From assembly GCF_963921235.1 (NCBI RefSeq), contig NC_086098.1, positions 242,668,001 through 242,732,000 on the forward strand: a stretch of DNA of 64,000 nucleotides, read 5' to 3'. This document shows positions 34,535 to 46,284 of this stretch, piece after piece (the first letter of the stretch is position 1; the number at the start of each line of letters is the position of its first letter). Made by a program: the position numbers and the translations under genes. Under the pieces are notes generated by a model that was not told the origin of the DNA, made no database searches, and saw nothing but the letters and a program-made list of their open reading frames with translations. Origin of the DNA: Mobula hypostoma (lineage: Eukaryota).

Positions 34535-34700
34535 CTAGACGAGCGATGTGTACTCGATGGGCACCAGTCCCAAGGCATCTCCACGTCGACAACGAATCCA
34601 GGCATCATCCACGTTGCCCAAAACCTCCAGGGTGTCACCCTTCTGGAAGCCGAGGTGTCCTGGCTCTGGAGCCGTGTGGTCGCACAGAGTCCGCACCGTC
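34535..34700 (-). CDS. RUSC1: RUSC1 last exon, SH3 domain (TVRTLCDHTAPEPGHLGFQKGDTLEVLGNVDDAWIRCRRGDALGLVPIEYTSLV*)
   Basis: AG at 34702-34701, TAG at 34537-34535, phase 2; SH3 pattern (LCDH, L.F.KGD, W, GLVP..Y). Confidence 0.93.
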
Positions 34701-35327
34701 CTGGGGCAAAAAGGGAGGGGGAGAGAAGAGAGGAGAACTGAAGTCAGCAGACAGATTGAGATGGCGATCGTGTATGATAGCCTCTACACAGGGGGAGGGG
34801 GAATATCCAGCGCACGCTCACACCACTCCCCAACCACACTTACTGCCCCCCCTCCCTGCCTTCCCCCAACCTTAGTGCAAGGGCTTCCACCCTTATTCAC
34901 AGTTACACTGGGGCACTTTAGCAGGAGCGTTCACCAGCCAGCCTTGTTTCCTGGTGTGGAGGAGATTTAGCCTGGAGTGTCCCAAACTCTGCTGGCAAAC
35001 ACCACAGAAACAGGCCATTCAGCCCCACTGCCCCTGCTGGCTTTTGCCCGCCAATCCACCCTCTACCCCTTCATCGGTCTTCCTTGGATCAACCTCCTGG
35101 TCCACTTGCGTCAACCATACCCCGGGGAGCACAAGACACTCCCAAGATGAAGTAGTCTCTTCCCAACCCCTCCATTTCTGGCGACAGGATTTACGCTAGG
35201 AACGTCTGACTCCAGTGACAGAAACGTCCATGAGCAACCTCTATTTGGTCAATATTGACTTCCCCTCCAACAGGTTGGAGATGGGCTGAAAGGCCTTCCA
35301 GTCCTTGCCCAGAGATGGTCACCCTAC

Positions 35328-35459
35328 CTCACTGCTCTGCTGGCTCTCTGGGGCGGTGGCTTCGTTTCTGCCAGTCCAGTGGGGTGGGGGCCGGACTTCT
35401 CCACTTGTGGGGCTCCCCACAGGCGCTCGATGTTAACCCACAGCCATTCCGAGGGCAGC
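35328..35459 (-). CDS. RUSC1: RUSC1 penultimate exon (LPSEWLWVNIERLWGAPQ...RAV)
   Basis: Acceptor gcgcag, donor gtaggg; 132 nt, phase 2/2; RLPSxWL motif of the RUSC family. Confidence 0.85.
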
Positions 35460-35624
35460 CTGCGCACACAGAGGAGACAGGATATCTGATGAGATCAGGC
35501 CGCCTCTTCCATCCACGCTGCACCCAGACCCGTCCTCGAAGATAACAGCGCCTCTCCTGTTCCCTCGCCTCCATTCCTGCCTTCCTCCACCCTTGAGATG
35601 TACTAAACCTTTTCTGAGACATAA

Positions 35625-36140
35625 ACACAAGAGATTCTGCAAATGTTGGAAGCCCAGACCAACAGAGACAAAATGATGGAGGAACTCTGCAGGTCCGCTA
35701 GCAAATCTGGAAGGGAATAGTTAATGCTTTGGATCAAGACACTTTGGGACTGGGAAGGAATGGGGAAGAGGTGGGGGGGGGGAAGGTAGGTGGGTGCAGG
35801 AGGGGCTGATGAAGTAAGAAGCTGGTTGGGGTAGGTGGCAGAGGTGAGGAATCTGATAGGAGAGGACAGTGACCATGGGAGAAAGGGAAGGGCACCGGGA
35901 GGTGAGGCGAAGAAAGGGAGTGGGAGGGAAACCGGAATAGTGAATGGAGGAAGGGGAAGAGGGGAGAAATTGCCAGACGTTGGAGTTCATGCCATCAGCT
36001 TGAAGGCTATTCAGATGGAATATGAGGTGTTGCTCCTCCATGGTAGCCATGGACAGAGATGCCAGAATGGGAACCTGAATTGAAACGGATAGCCACTGGG
36101 GAATCCCATCTTTTGGGGCAGATGGAACAAAGGCTCCCCC
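35625..36140 (-). mobile_element. Degenerate Penelope-like 3' fragment
   Basis: EEQHLIFHLNSLQADGMNS segment plus the terminal repeat shared with the 31450-31519 copy. Confidence 0.65.
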
Positions 36141-36604
36141 AAGTCTCTACGCTAAAAGATAAACTCTTGGTCTTCAATCGTCATGGCCCTCACATTTCAT
36201 TTGTCTGTGTGCAACTCACTTTCCCTGTGACTGCATTCAACAGAAACAGGCCCTTTGGCCCATCTAATCCATACCCAGCAAGCTGCCTATCTAACCTAGT
36301 CCCATTTGCCCATGGTTTGGCCCGTAATCCTCTGACCCTATCCTATCCACTTACCTGTACACATCGTTAAACATTGTGATTGTCTCACCTCCACCACTTC
36401 CTCTGGCATCTTGGACCATATCCCACCCTCCACATGGAAAACTAGTCCTACAGGTCCCCTTTAACTCTTTCCCATCACTGTCAATCTCGTTTTAGATTCC
36501 TCTATGCTGGGGTGACCCACCCACCCTACATCCTGTTGTGATTTCATAGAACTCCACTGGAGAGAAAGGAGGGGGGAGGGATAGGAGATGGTGAGGGAGA
36601 GGAG

Positions 36605-37007
36605 NNNNNNNNNNNNNNNNNNNNNNNNNNNNNNNNNNNNNNNNNNNNNNNNNNNNNNNNNNNNNNNNNNNNNNNNNNNNNNNNNNNNNNNNNNNNNNNN
36701 NNNNNNNNNNNNNNNNNNNNNNNNNNNNNNNNNNNNNNNNNNNNNNNNNNNNNNNNNNNNNNNNNNNNNNNNNNNNNNNNNNNNNNNNNNNNNNNNNNNN
36801 NNNNNNNNNNNNNNNNNNNNNNNNNNNNNNNNNNNNNNNNNNNNNNNNNNNNNNNNNNNNNNNNNNNNNNNNNNNNNNNNNNNNNNNNNNNNNNNNNNNN
36901 NNNNNNNNNNNNNNNNNNNNNNNNNNNNNNNNNNNNNNNNNNNNNNNNNNNNNNNNNNNNNNNNNNNNNNNNNNNNNNNNNNNNNNNNNNNNNNNNNNNN
37001 NNNNNNN
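36605..37007. other. Assembly gap (403 N)
   Basis: N run inside a RUSC1 intron; the flanking exon phases (2/2) close without a missing exon. Confidence 1.
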
Positions 37008-37044
37008 TTGGGTGAAAACACAGGGGTCGCCTGCTCCTCGTTAC

Positions 37045-37678
37045 CTGCGCCGCTGCCCGGACGGTTTCTGCGCCTCCACCTCGCCAGGGGAGTAGGTGGA
37101 GGGGATCCTGGCGCCAAAGAGCGAAGCCAGCTGCAGCGGCCTGGCCTCCTGCTGCCTCCCAGGGCCTCCTGCGACGCTGCACCGCGCGCCAGGGCCTGGT
37201 GGGGTACGGTACAACTGGCAGCTCTCGCTCAGCTGCACCCACCAGCCTGGCTCCCCGACCCGGGTCTCCGGGGCTGGCTTGCGGTCTTCCTCCGACTCCT
37301 GGCGGGGCCCCGGCTCCAGCATGGCACGCGCCAGCCTCCCCGCCCAGCGGGACACCTGCTCAAACGTCTCCTGTAGCCGGTAGCCATCTGCTTCCCCTGG
37401 CAGCTCCCTGGCCGCTGGCCCGCTGGTCGGGGCTCCCTCCTCGCTCCCCAGACCATTCCCGAGCCGCCTCTCCCCGTCCTCCTGGACCGGATCCCGCTCC
37501 CGGGCGCTGCCCCTCGCCAGGAACTGGTGGGGGTGGTGGTACTCAAACAGCGGATCCAGCTGGAAGGCGAGGGCAGACAGGGGCTGGAGGAGGAGCAGGA
37601 GTTCCTCGAACGCTCCGCAGTCCGAGGAGCGGGCCGCCCAGAGGAAGGCCGACGGCGTGTAGTGTGTCTTCAAGACCT
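37045..37678 (-). CDS. RUSC1: RUSC1 exon: end of the RUN domain and linker (VLKTHYTPSAFL...LLLLLQPLSALAFQLDPLFEYHH...WWVQLSESCQLY...)
   Basis: 634 nt, phase 1/2, AG/GT; LLLLLQPLS.L.F.LD.LFE RUN C-terminal block. Confidence 0.9.
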
Positions 37679-37689
37679 CTGTGGGTGAG

Positions 37690-38430
37690 AGTGAGAGAGA
37701 GGGGCGAGGGAGGGTGAGAAAGGGAGAGGGGGAGGTGAGAGGGTGAGGGAGAGATGAAGGGAGAGGGGAGGGACAGGTGGGATGGTGAGGGAGAGAGGAA
37801 CGAAGGAGGAGGACAAGGGAGGTAGGGGTGAGGGTGAGAGGCAAGGGGGAGGGAGGGAAGGGTGAGGGTGAGAGGCGAGGGGGAGGGAGAGGGGAGAGAT
37901 GAAGGGAGAGGGAAGGGACAGGTGGGATGGTGAGGGAGAGAGGAACGAAGGAGGAGGACGAGGGAGGTAGGGGTGAGGGTGAGAGGCAAGGGGGAGGGAG
38001 AGGTGAGAGGGTGAGGGAGAGATGAAGGGAGAGGGAAGGGACCAGTGAAATGGTTAGGGAGAGAGGAATGAAGGAGGAGGATGACGGAGGGAGGGGAAGG
38101 GTGAGAGGCGAGGGGGAGGCAGGGAGAGGTGAGAGGTTGAGGGAGAGATGAAAGGAGAGGGGAGGGACAGGTGTGATGAAGGAGGAGGACGAGGGAGGGA
38201 GGGGAAGGGCGAGGGTAAAAGGAGAGAGGGAGGGAGGGGAAGGGCGAGGGTAAAAGGAGAGGGGGAGGGAGGGGAAGGGTGAGGGTAAAAGGTGAGGGTA
38301 AAAGGAGAGGGGGAGGGAGGGGAAGGGTGAGGGTAAAAGGAGAGGGAGAGGGAGGGGAAGGGTGAGGGTAAAAGGAGAGGGGGAGGGAGGGGAGGGGCGA
38401 GGGTGCGAGGAAAGGAGAGGGAGGAAAGGG
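37690..38430 (+). repeat. Polypurine (G/A) low-complexity tract with internal duplications
   Basis: Seen directly; similar tracts at 4800-5100, 46550-46900 and 47440-48150. Confidence 0.8.
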
Positions 38431-38833
38431 GTCAGAGACCTGAGTGTCGGCTCCAACACAATCCCAGGGATAATCACGGGGGGGGGGAATGCTACACGGC
38501 GAGGGGGCAGCAAAGTGGAAGGGGCGATGGGGAGGCAGGAGGGGAGGGAAATTTAAAACTCACTCTGGATCGATAACCCTTGCCATCCTGTCAGAGGGAG
38601 GTTTGGTCACGAGCTGGGGAAGAGGTCGGCACTGAAGCTCGAGGTGAGGGTCAGGCTGGACCAGCGGAGGAAGTGAGGGTGGGCACGATACCCAGAGAAG
38701 GGTAGGGAGGTTCAGGGGTGACAGAGAGAGGGCAATAAAAGTGTCATTAACCTAAGCATTACCCTCCCCAGTCCCCCACCCCACAAAGACCGTAAGGACA
38801 AGGGAGGGGGTGACAGATTCATTGATGTCTCAC

Positions 38834-38880
38834 CTGTGCAGCCGTACAAGGACACCATCCAGACGTCAAGCAGCTTGAGG
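38834..38880 (-). CDS. RUSC1: RUSC1 RUN exon (LKLLDVWMVSLYGCT)
   Basis: 47 nt, phase 2/1, tag / gtgaga. Confidence 0.88.
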
Positions 38881-39182
38881 CTACAGGAGGGAGAGGGAAG
38901 AGGTGAGACTTCATCATGATGGTGTGTACAGAGGGGGAGAGGGAGAAGGACACAGAAAGAGGGGGAAGAGGGGCTGGGATGCGGGCAGGAAGGGGAAGGA
39001 AGGAGGGGAGAGAGGGTGTGAGGTGAGGCAGATAAGGAGTCAAAGAGCGAGTGAAATAGAGGGAAAGGGAGGAGGAGAGAGAACAAAATGGAAGGAAAGG
39101 GGTAGGAGAAAGACGGAGAGATTGAGGGGAGGGGTCAGAGAGGGCTGGAGGTGGAGAGAGAACCCTACCTCCCAACACTCAC

Positions 39183-39288
39183 TTTAACAGTGTAAATATG
39201 AAGGCATTGAACTTCTTCTGGGAGCTCTTGAGCTGGGAGAGTTGGTCAAACTGCTGAACCAGATTGTACAGTTTCCCCATGGACTGAT
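39183..39288 (-). CDS. RUSC1: RUSC1 RUN exon (QSMGKLYNLVQQFDQLSQLKSSQKKFNAFIFTLLN)
   Basis: 106 nt, phase 1/2, tag / gtgagt; F.AFI..LLN RUN motif. Confidence 0.9.
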
Positions 39289-39714
39289 CTACAGGGGAGG
39301 GGAGAGAGAGAGAGAGACAGAGACCATAAGAAAGATGCGCGTCTGAAGGGTTCCCGTCCCGACAACTTTGTTTTGGTCACCAATGCTGAAATCGAGAGGA
39401 CTGAGGGTGGATGTGTGTGGGCCTTTCGGAAGTCCTTGTGTTGGCTGATCAAGGTGGGAATTTCTGGGATTCAGGCCCAGCAACAGTGAAGTAATGGCCG
39501 GGATGCTTCCGAGTCGGGATGGTAGAGATGGAAACTGCAGGTGGTGGTTCACTCCTGCCCCCTCTACGCTTGGGGGTTTGGGGAAGTCTGGGAGGCTAGC
39601 CAGGTACTGGTGGTGTTCTGCAAGGGTCGCTGTTGGGTCCACTACTTTTCAAGTTATATGCTAATGATCTGGATAATGAAATTGATGGCTTTGTGGACAA
39701 TTATGAAGGTGGTG

Positions 39715-39995
39715 GGATGGAGATGGAGGTGTGAGGTGCTCCTTCTTTCCGCTAGCCTGCAGGTCACCCTTGGGCAAGGTGTAGCACCTGCTTGGCCCCC
39801 CGATCAGGGTCACATGAAGCCATGGACCTAGGTGGTGGATGGTCGTATGAGCAGCTGGCGCACATCACAAGTCCTGGTTATGCGACCACAGATGCCAGGC
39901 AGACAATCTCTGAAGAGTATTAATAATGGCTGGGGTCACCCGTCTTGTAAAGACACTGCCCAGAAGGCAATGGCAAACCACTTCTGCAGAAAAAC
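39715..39995 (+). mobile_element. RTE/BovB-related SINE-like fragment
   Basis: Ends in GAAGGCAATGGCAAACCAC, a motif recalled from Bov-A and Sauria-type RTE-associated SINEs. Confidence 0.45.
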
Positions 39996-40900
39996 TTCAT
40001 TGCATCCCAAACAGCTTTTGGTCTAGTCTTTATTCTCGACCACCACACGGAGTGAGACTCCTCATCATAACCGCACCCTGGTGTCCTTCATGCAGATTCT
40101 CTAACACTCTGGTGCGCAGTTTAGATCCACACATCAGCGTGCTTTCATATACAGACAGTTGGTCTCATCTCGCTGAGAACTCTGGAAACACAGGGTTACC
40201 ATGAGCTGGCCATCCTTGCATGATGTCAGAGACTTCTGACAGTGTCAGCTCATTCTCTCCTTCTCTTTGTATTTCAGAATTTGTTACTGCCAACTGGTCC
40301 ACCGGTGGAATGGAACACCTCTGCTGGGTCAAAGAATGAAGAATTTTCTTCTTCAGTTGCCAACAGTAGAAGACGTGACAAGCCATCAGTGTTGCTGTGT
40401 TGTTTGGTGCCTAAGTCAGAAGAGTGGTCTCTAGGAAAAATGCCCAACTTTGCAACTGGGTAGCAGTCATCACTGGAATTCCCTTCCTGGGAATTGGACA
40501 TGAGAGGCTGGTGGTCTGTCACTAGCATAAACTTTGTCCGTAGAGGTAGTGACGGAACTTCTTTGTTCCCCATACTAGACTAAGGGCCTCTTGGTCAATC
40601 TGTGCGTAGTTGCGTTCTGCACTGGTCAGTGATCTTGAAGCAAATGCAATTGGGCGTTCAGATCCATCTTTCATAACGTGAGGCAAAGCGTCACCAATGC
40701 TGTAAGGGGATGGATGAGCAGAGATGGGTGAGCAGTTCATCTGATGTTATTAGTCTCTTTGTTTCCTTGAATGCTCTTTCACATCTTTCTGACCATTCCC
40801 ACTTTGCTGCTGTCTGTAACTGCAGCACCGCAGCAACGTTTGAGAGAAACCGGTGCTAGTAGTTTACAAGACCCAAGTATGGCCCGAGTTGTAACACATT
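39995..40900 (-). mobile_element. Ty3/Gypsy LTR-retrotransposon pol remnant (RNase H to integrase start)
   Basis: GSERPIAFASRSLTSAERNYAQIDQEALSLVWGTKKFRHYLYG, LVTDHQPL, HSNTDGLSRL; frameshifted. Confidence 0.85.
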
Positions 40901-41399
40901 TTCCAGTTTGGGTGCCTACTGCACTGCTTCAATCTTCTCTTGTGACTTATGTAAGCCTGCTGACGGCAGAACAACAGATCACTGTGCATGGGTAAGCTAT
41001 CACTCAATACGTAGTGCTGGGGGCTGGGGGGGGATCACTGCGCTAAAAGAAATAGATCCTTACATTACACCGAGCCTGTACGTCTTTGAAATGCAGGAGG
41101 AAACTGGAGCACCCGGAGAAACACACACGGTCACAGGGAGAACATTCACATTCCTTACAGATAACGGCGGCAATTGGACCCGATTCCTTGGCGCTATGAA
41201 GTACAAAGCTGAACATACTGCCTTTTAGTTATTCTTGTGACATGATAGGAGCAGTGGGGGGTGGATTTCTATGGAGCAGGGGACAGGAGAAGGAGAGGGT
41301 CATGGGGAGGATTCCCAGCAAGAAGGCGGTGGATGGGCCTGGAGAGAGGGAGAAGAGAGCTGTTCTTGCAGTTAATGCAAAGGCCCTAATGCGAACATT

Positions 41400-42430
41400 T
41401 TTGGAGAACAGGTGCCCAAATTAGGCAAAGGAATGGCAGATGGCAGTGTCGAGAAGTGTATGGTCATGCACTTTGGAAGAAGAAATTAAAGAGTTTCAAT
41501 TCAATAGGTACATTTCATGTCAGAGAAATGTATACAATATACATCCTGAAATAATTCTTCTTCGCAAACATCCACGAAAACAGAGGAGTGCCCCAAAGAA
41601 TGAATGACAGTTAAATGTTAGAACCCCAAAGCCCCCCAGCTCCTCCCTCCCACACGAGCAGTAGCAAAGCAACGACCCCCCCCCACCACCATTTTTTCTA
41701 AATGGAGAGAAAATTCCAAAACCTGAGGTGAAAAGGGACTTGGGAATCCTTGTGCAGGATGCCCGAAAGGTTAGTTTGCAGGTTGAGTCAGTGGTGAGAA
41801 AGGCAAATGTGATGTTAGCATTCATTTCAAGAGGACTAGAATATAAAAGCAAGGATGTAATGTTGAGACTTTATAAAACAATGGTGAGGCCTCAGTTGGA
41901 GTATTGTGCGCAGTTTTGGGCCCCTTATCTTAGAAAGGATGTGCTGAAACTGGACAGAGTACAAAAGAAGGGTTACGAAAATGATTCCAGGATCTAATGG
42001 CTTCTCATATGAAGAGCGTTTGATGGCTCTGGGCTTGTATTCTCTGGAATTCAGAAGAATGAGGGGTGACCTTATTGAAACCTATTGAATGGTGAAATGC
42101 CTCGATAGAGTGGATGTGGAGAGGATGTTTCCTCTGGCGGGATAGTCTAAGATCAGAGGACACAGCCTCAGAATAGAGGGGCCTCCTTTTAGAACAGAGA
42201 GGAGGAGGAATTTAAGCCAGAGAGTGGTGAATCTGTGGAGTTTGTTTACACAGGTAGCTGTGGAAGCCAAGTCTTCATGTGTATCTAAAGCAGAGGTTGA
42301 CAGATTGGGATATGTGGGAGAAGGCAGGAGATTGGGGCTGAGAGGAGAATTGTATTAGCCATGATGAAACGGCGAAGCAGACATGATGAGCCAAATGGCC
42401 TAATTCTGCTCCTATATCTTATAGTTTTAT
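41400..42430 (+). mobile_element. Older CR1 3' fragment with an internal insertion
   Basis: RPQLEYCAQFWAPYLRKD motif; frameshifts. Confidence 0.8.
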
Positions 42431-42464
42431 AATCCCATTAAAAAAATTTAAGCAGAGAATGAAT

Positions 42465-44471
42465 TAGTATCAATTCCAAAGAAGTAGCATACAAATTAGC
42501 CAGAGAAAGTGGCTCACCTGAGGACTGGGAGAAATTCAGAGTTCAGCAGAGGAGGACAAAGGGCTTAATTAGGAAGGGGAAAAAAGATTATGAGAGAAAA
42601 CTGGCAGAGAACATAAAAACGGACTGTAAAAGCTTTTATAGATATGTAAAAAGGAAAAGACTGATAAAGACAAATGTAGGTCCCCTGCAAACAGAAACAG
42701 GTGAATTGATTATGGGGAGCAAGGACATGGCAGACCAATTGAATAATTACTTTGGTTCTGTCTTCACTAAGGAGGACATAAATAATCTTCCAGAAATAGT
42801 AAGGGACAGAGGGTCCAGTGAGATGGAGGAACTGAGCGAAATACATGTTAGTAGGGAAGTGGTGTTAGGTAAATTGAAGGGATTGAAGGCAGATAAATCC
42901 CCAGGGCCAGATGGTCTGCATCCCAGAGTGCTTAAGGAAGTGGCCCAAGAAATAGTGGATGCATTAGTGATAATTTTTCAAAACTCGTTAGATTCTGGAC
43001 TAGTTCCTGAGGATTGGAGGGTGGCTAATGTAACCCCACTTTTTAAAAAAGGAGGGAGAGAGAAACCGGGGAATTATAGGCCGGTTAGCCTAACGTCGGT
43101 GGTGGGGAAACTGCTGGAGTCAGTTATCAAGGATGTGATAACAGCACATTTGGAAAGCGGTGAAATGATCGGACAAAGTCAGCATGGATTTGTGAAAGGA
43201 AAATCATGTCTGACGAATCTCATAGAATTTTTTGAGGATGTAACTAGTAGAGTGGATAGGGGAGAACCAGTGGATGTGGTATATTTGGATTTTCAAAAGG
43301 CTTTTGACAAGGTCCCACATAGGAGATTAGTGTGCAAACTTAAAGCACACGGTATTGGGGGTAAGGTATTGGTGTGGGTGGAGAATTGGTTAGCAGACAG
43401 GAAGCAAAGAGTGGGAATAAACGGGACCTTTTCAGAATGGCAGGCGGTGACTAGTGGGGTACCGCAAGGCTCAGTGCTGGGACCCCAGTTGTTTACAATA
43501 TATATTAATGACTTGGATGAGGGAATTAAATGCAGCATCTCCAAGTTTGCGGATGACACGAAGCTGGGTGGCAGTGTTAGCAGTGAGGAGGATGCTAAGA
43601 GGATGCAGGGTGACTTGGATAGGTTGGGTGAGTGGGCAAACTCATGGCAGATGCAATTTAATGTGGATAAATGTGAAGTTATCCACTTTGGTGGCAAAAA
43701 TAGGAAAACAGATTATTATCTGAATGGTGGCCGATTAGGAAAAGGGGAGGTGCAACGAGACCTGGGTGTCATTATACACCAGTCATTGAAAGTGGGCATG
43801 CAGGTACAGCAGGCGGTGAAAAAGGCGAACGGTATGCTGGCATTTATAGCGAGAGGATTCGAGTACAGGAGCAGGGAGGTACTACTGCAGTTGTACAAGG
43901 CCTTGGTGAGACCACACCTGGAGTATTGTGTGCAGTTTTGGTCCCCTAATCTGAGGAAAGACATCTTTGCCATAGAGGGAGTACAAAGAAGGTTCACCAG
44001 ATTGATTCCTGGGATGGCAGGTCTTTCATATGAAGAAAGACTGGATGAACTGGGCTTGTACTCGTTGGAATTTAGAAGATTGAGGGGGGATCTGATTGAA
44101 ACGTATAAGATCCTAAAGGGATTGGACAGGCTAGATGCAGGAAGATTGTTCCCGATGCTGGGGAGGTCTAGAACGAGGGGTCACAGTTTGAGGATAGAGG
44201 GGAAGCCTTTTAGGACCGAGGTTAGGAAAAACTTCTTCACACAGAGAGTGGTGAATCTGTGGAATTCTCTGCCACAGCAAACTGTTGAGGCCAGTTCATT
44301 AGCTATGTTTAAAAGGAAGTTAGATATGGCCCTTGTGGCTACAGGGGTCAGGGGGTATGGAGGGAAGGCTGGGTTCTGAGTTGGATGATCAGCCATGATC
44401 ATAATAAATGGCGGTGCAGGCTCGAAGGGCCGAATGGCCTACTCCTGCACCTATTTTCTATGTTTCTATGT
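42465..44471 (+). mobile_element. Young 5'-truncated CR1 LINE with an uninterrupted RT frame (557-aa ORF 42706-44379)
   Basis: KSPGPDG, NYRPVSLTS, QHGF, YLDFQKAFDKVPH, GVPQGSVLGP, KFADDTKL; (TTTCTATG)n tail; no endonuclease domain. Confidence 0.95.
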
Positions 44472-44785
44472 AAAACAATAATTATGGACATTTTTAAGGA
44501 AATTTGTAACAATAATTTGAAGGAAATAATTTAAAGCAAATTAGGAACAACAATTTTAATGAATTAGTAACAAAAAGTCCATAATCGTTATTTTTCTAGA
44601 CTTTTTATAAGGAAAAAAGATTAATCATGTGTAGTTATTTTAACATTAATAAAATTATAACAGATTAAAATATATTATTTTTGAAAACCATTTCAAAAAT
44701 GATTAATCTTGTTAAAAGATTAATAATTTCTAAATAATATTGTTAATGTTTCATCTATAACAAAAAATAGAATGTGAAATTATAA

Positions 44786-44984
44786 AAACACAAACACGAG
44801 GAATTCTGCAGATGCTGGAAATTCAAGCAACACACATAAAAGCTGGTGAACGCAGCAGGCCAGGCAGCATCCATAGGAAGAGGTACAGTCGACGTTTCGG
44901 GCCGGGACAGGTCCTGACTGTACCTCTTCCTATAGATGCTGCCCGGCCTGCTGCGTTCACCAGCATTATTTATGTGTGTTGCTC
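44786..44984. mobile_element. Palindromic Penelope-terminus mini-element with an 11-bp TSD
   Basis: TSD TGAAATTATAA at 44775-44785 and 44985-44995; two inverted copies of the terminal repeat. Related pieces at 170-420, 7370-7455 and 19805-20035. Confidence 0.75.
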
Positions 44985-45287
44985 TGAAATTATAAGCTTG
45001 TTGCATATTCACAGAAGATCAAATATTGAAAGTATAGCAGAGTTTAAGATGAAGAAGCCTTCAGAAAACCAAAAAAATTATTTAATATTTTAAAAGATTT
45101 TTATTATGAGTGGGGTTTGAAGAGTCAAGGGCAACGGGCACTGCATGGCGTGTACCAACAGAATGTTTGCAAAGGTGTGGGTGCCATAGGTTCGCCACCG
45201 CTGTCCCAGGCCGGGGAGTCTCGGGGAGAGGAGTCTGTACATGGGATGCCCCCCGCCCCCCCCCCACGTATTGAACAGGGTCCTTAC

Positions 45288-45462
45288 CTGCCTTCACTGA
45301 AGCTTCCACCACCGACCAGGGGGAGGTACTCCTCCGCCCGACAATCAGGTCCTGCCGGTAGGGTTTCAGCCCGTCCCAAATCACCGCCGAGAGCGCGGGG
45401 CAAAGGCCCGACAACAGCAGGCGGCCCACCTGGGGGGTGAGGCGGCTGTCCCCCAGCTGCGT
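45288..45462 (-). CDS. RUSC1: RUSC1 RUN exon (TQLGDSRLTPQVGRLLLSGLCPALSAVIWDGLKPYRQDLIVGRRSTSPWSVVEASVKA)
   Basis: 175 nt, phase 0/1, cag / gtaagg. Confidence 0.93.
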
Positions 45463-45657
45463 CTGTGTGGGGTGGGGGGAGGAGGGAGACAGAAGGCACC
45501 AGAGGTAGTGAGAGGAGACCAGGTACATTGTCCATTCATCCTCAAAGACCCTCTGCCTGCAAACAGAACATCCCGCACAGTGCGGATCTCCCTCTCCCAG
45601 GCCGGTGAGCCCCACCCGTCCTCCGCACAGATACCCCTTGGAAATTTCAACACAAAC

Positions 45658-45734
45658 CTTCTGCACCACGTTCCGAGCGGCGCTGAAGTGAGCAACAATC
45701 TCGTCCACGGCCACACTGACCGCCCACACCAGTC
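45658..45734 (-). CDS. RUSC1: RUSC1 exon (LVWAVSVAVDEIVAHFSAARNVVQK)
   Basis: 77 nt, phase 1/0, cag / gtttgt. Confidence 0.92.
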
Positions 45735-45779
45735 CTGAGGGCAGGAAAACACACGGTCATATTCAGCTCCCACAGCGCA

Positions 45780-46105
45780 GCACTCCAAACTCACCACCCC
45801 TCCCACAGCACAACACTTCAACCCCATCACCCCTCCCACAGAACTCCCCACTCACCCTCCCCCCCCACATAACTCCCCCCCACCCACCATCCCACAGAAC
45901 TCCCCCCTCACCCACCCCCACATAACTCCCCCCCACCCACCATCCCACAGAACTCCCCCCTCACCACCCCCTCCCACAGAACTACCCCCCACCCACCATC
46001 CCACAGAACTCCCCCCTCCCCCACCCTCCCACAGAACTCCCCCCTCACCCACCCCCCCACATAACTCCCCCCTCCCACAGAACTCCCCCTCCCACCCCCC
46101 CACAT
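45780..46105 (+). repeat. C-rich degenerate minisatellite (cccacagaactccccc...)
   Basis: Seen directly. Confidence 0.8.
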
Positions 46106-46149
46106 TAGTGAGGATGGGGCCACACACGACTCCCCCCTCAGCCTCTCAC

Positions 46150-46284
46150 CTTTCTTGTGTTGTCGACTGAACGGAGGGGCTCTGTCCCCAGGGTGGGGTG
46201 GACGGAGAGGGGGGCTTGAGGACGGTTCAGACATCCCACACTGTCCTGCACAGGGATCCCCAGGTAAAGGATGGCTCCCAGCCG
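46150..46284 (-). CDS. RUSC1: RUSC1 exon (AGSHPLPGDPCAG...FSRQHKK)
   Basis: Branch point ctgac, pyrimidine tract and tacag acceptor; donor gtgaga; 135 nt, phase 1/1; ends in QHKK|G like the RUSC family (..QKK|GL). Confidence 0.75.

Noticed and set aside
34011-34592. 193-aa minus ORF and 157-aa plus ORF over the RUSC1 3' UTR
   Set aside because: Non-ATG starts, GC-rich, no recognisable domain; the SH3 frame ends at 34535.
36461-37376. ORFs spanning the N run
   Set aside because: Artefacts of the assembly gap.
42706-44379. 557-aa reverse transcriptase as a host gene or a novel RT system
   Set aside because: Ordinary 5'-truncated CR1 ORF2 with its microsatellite tail and near-identical copies in the same window.
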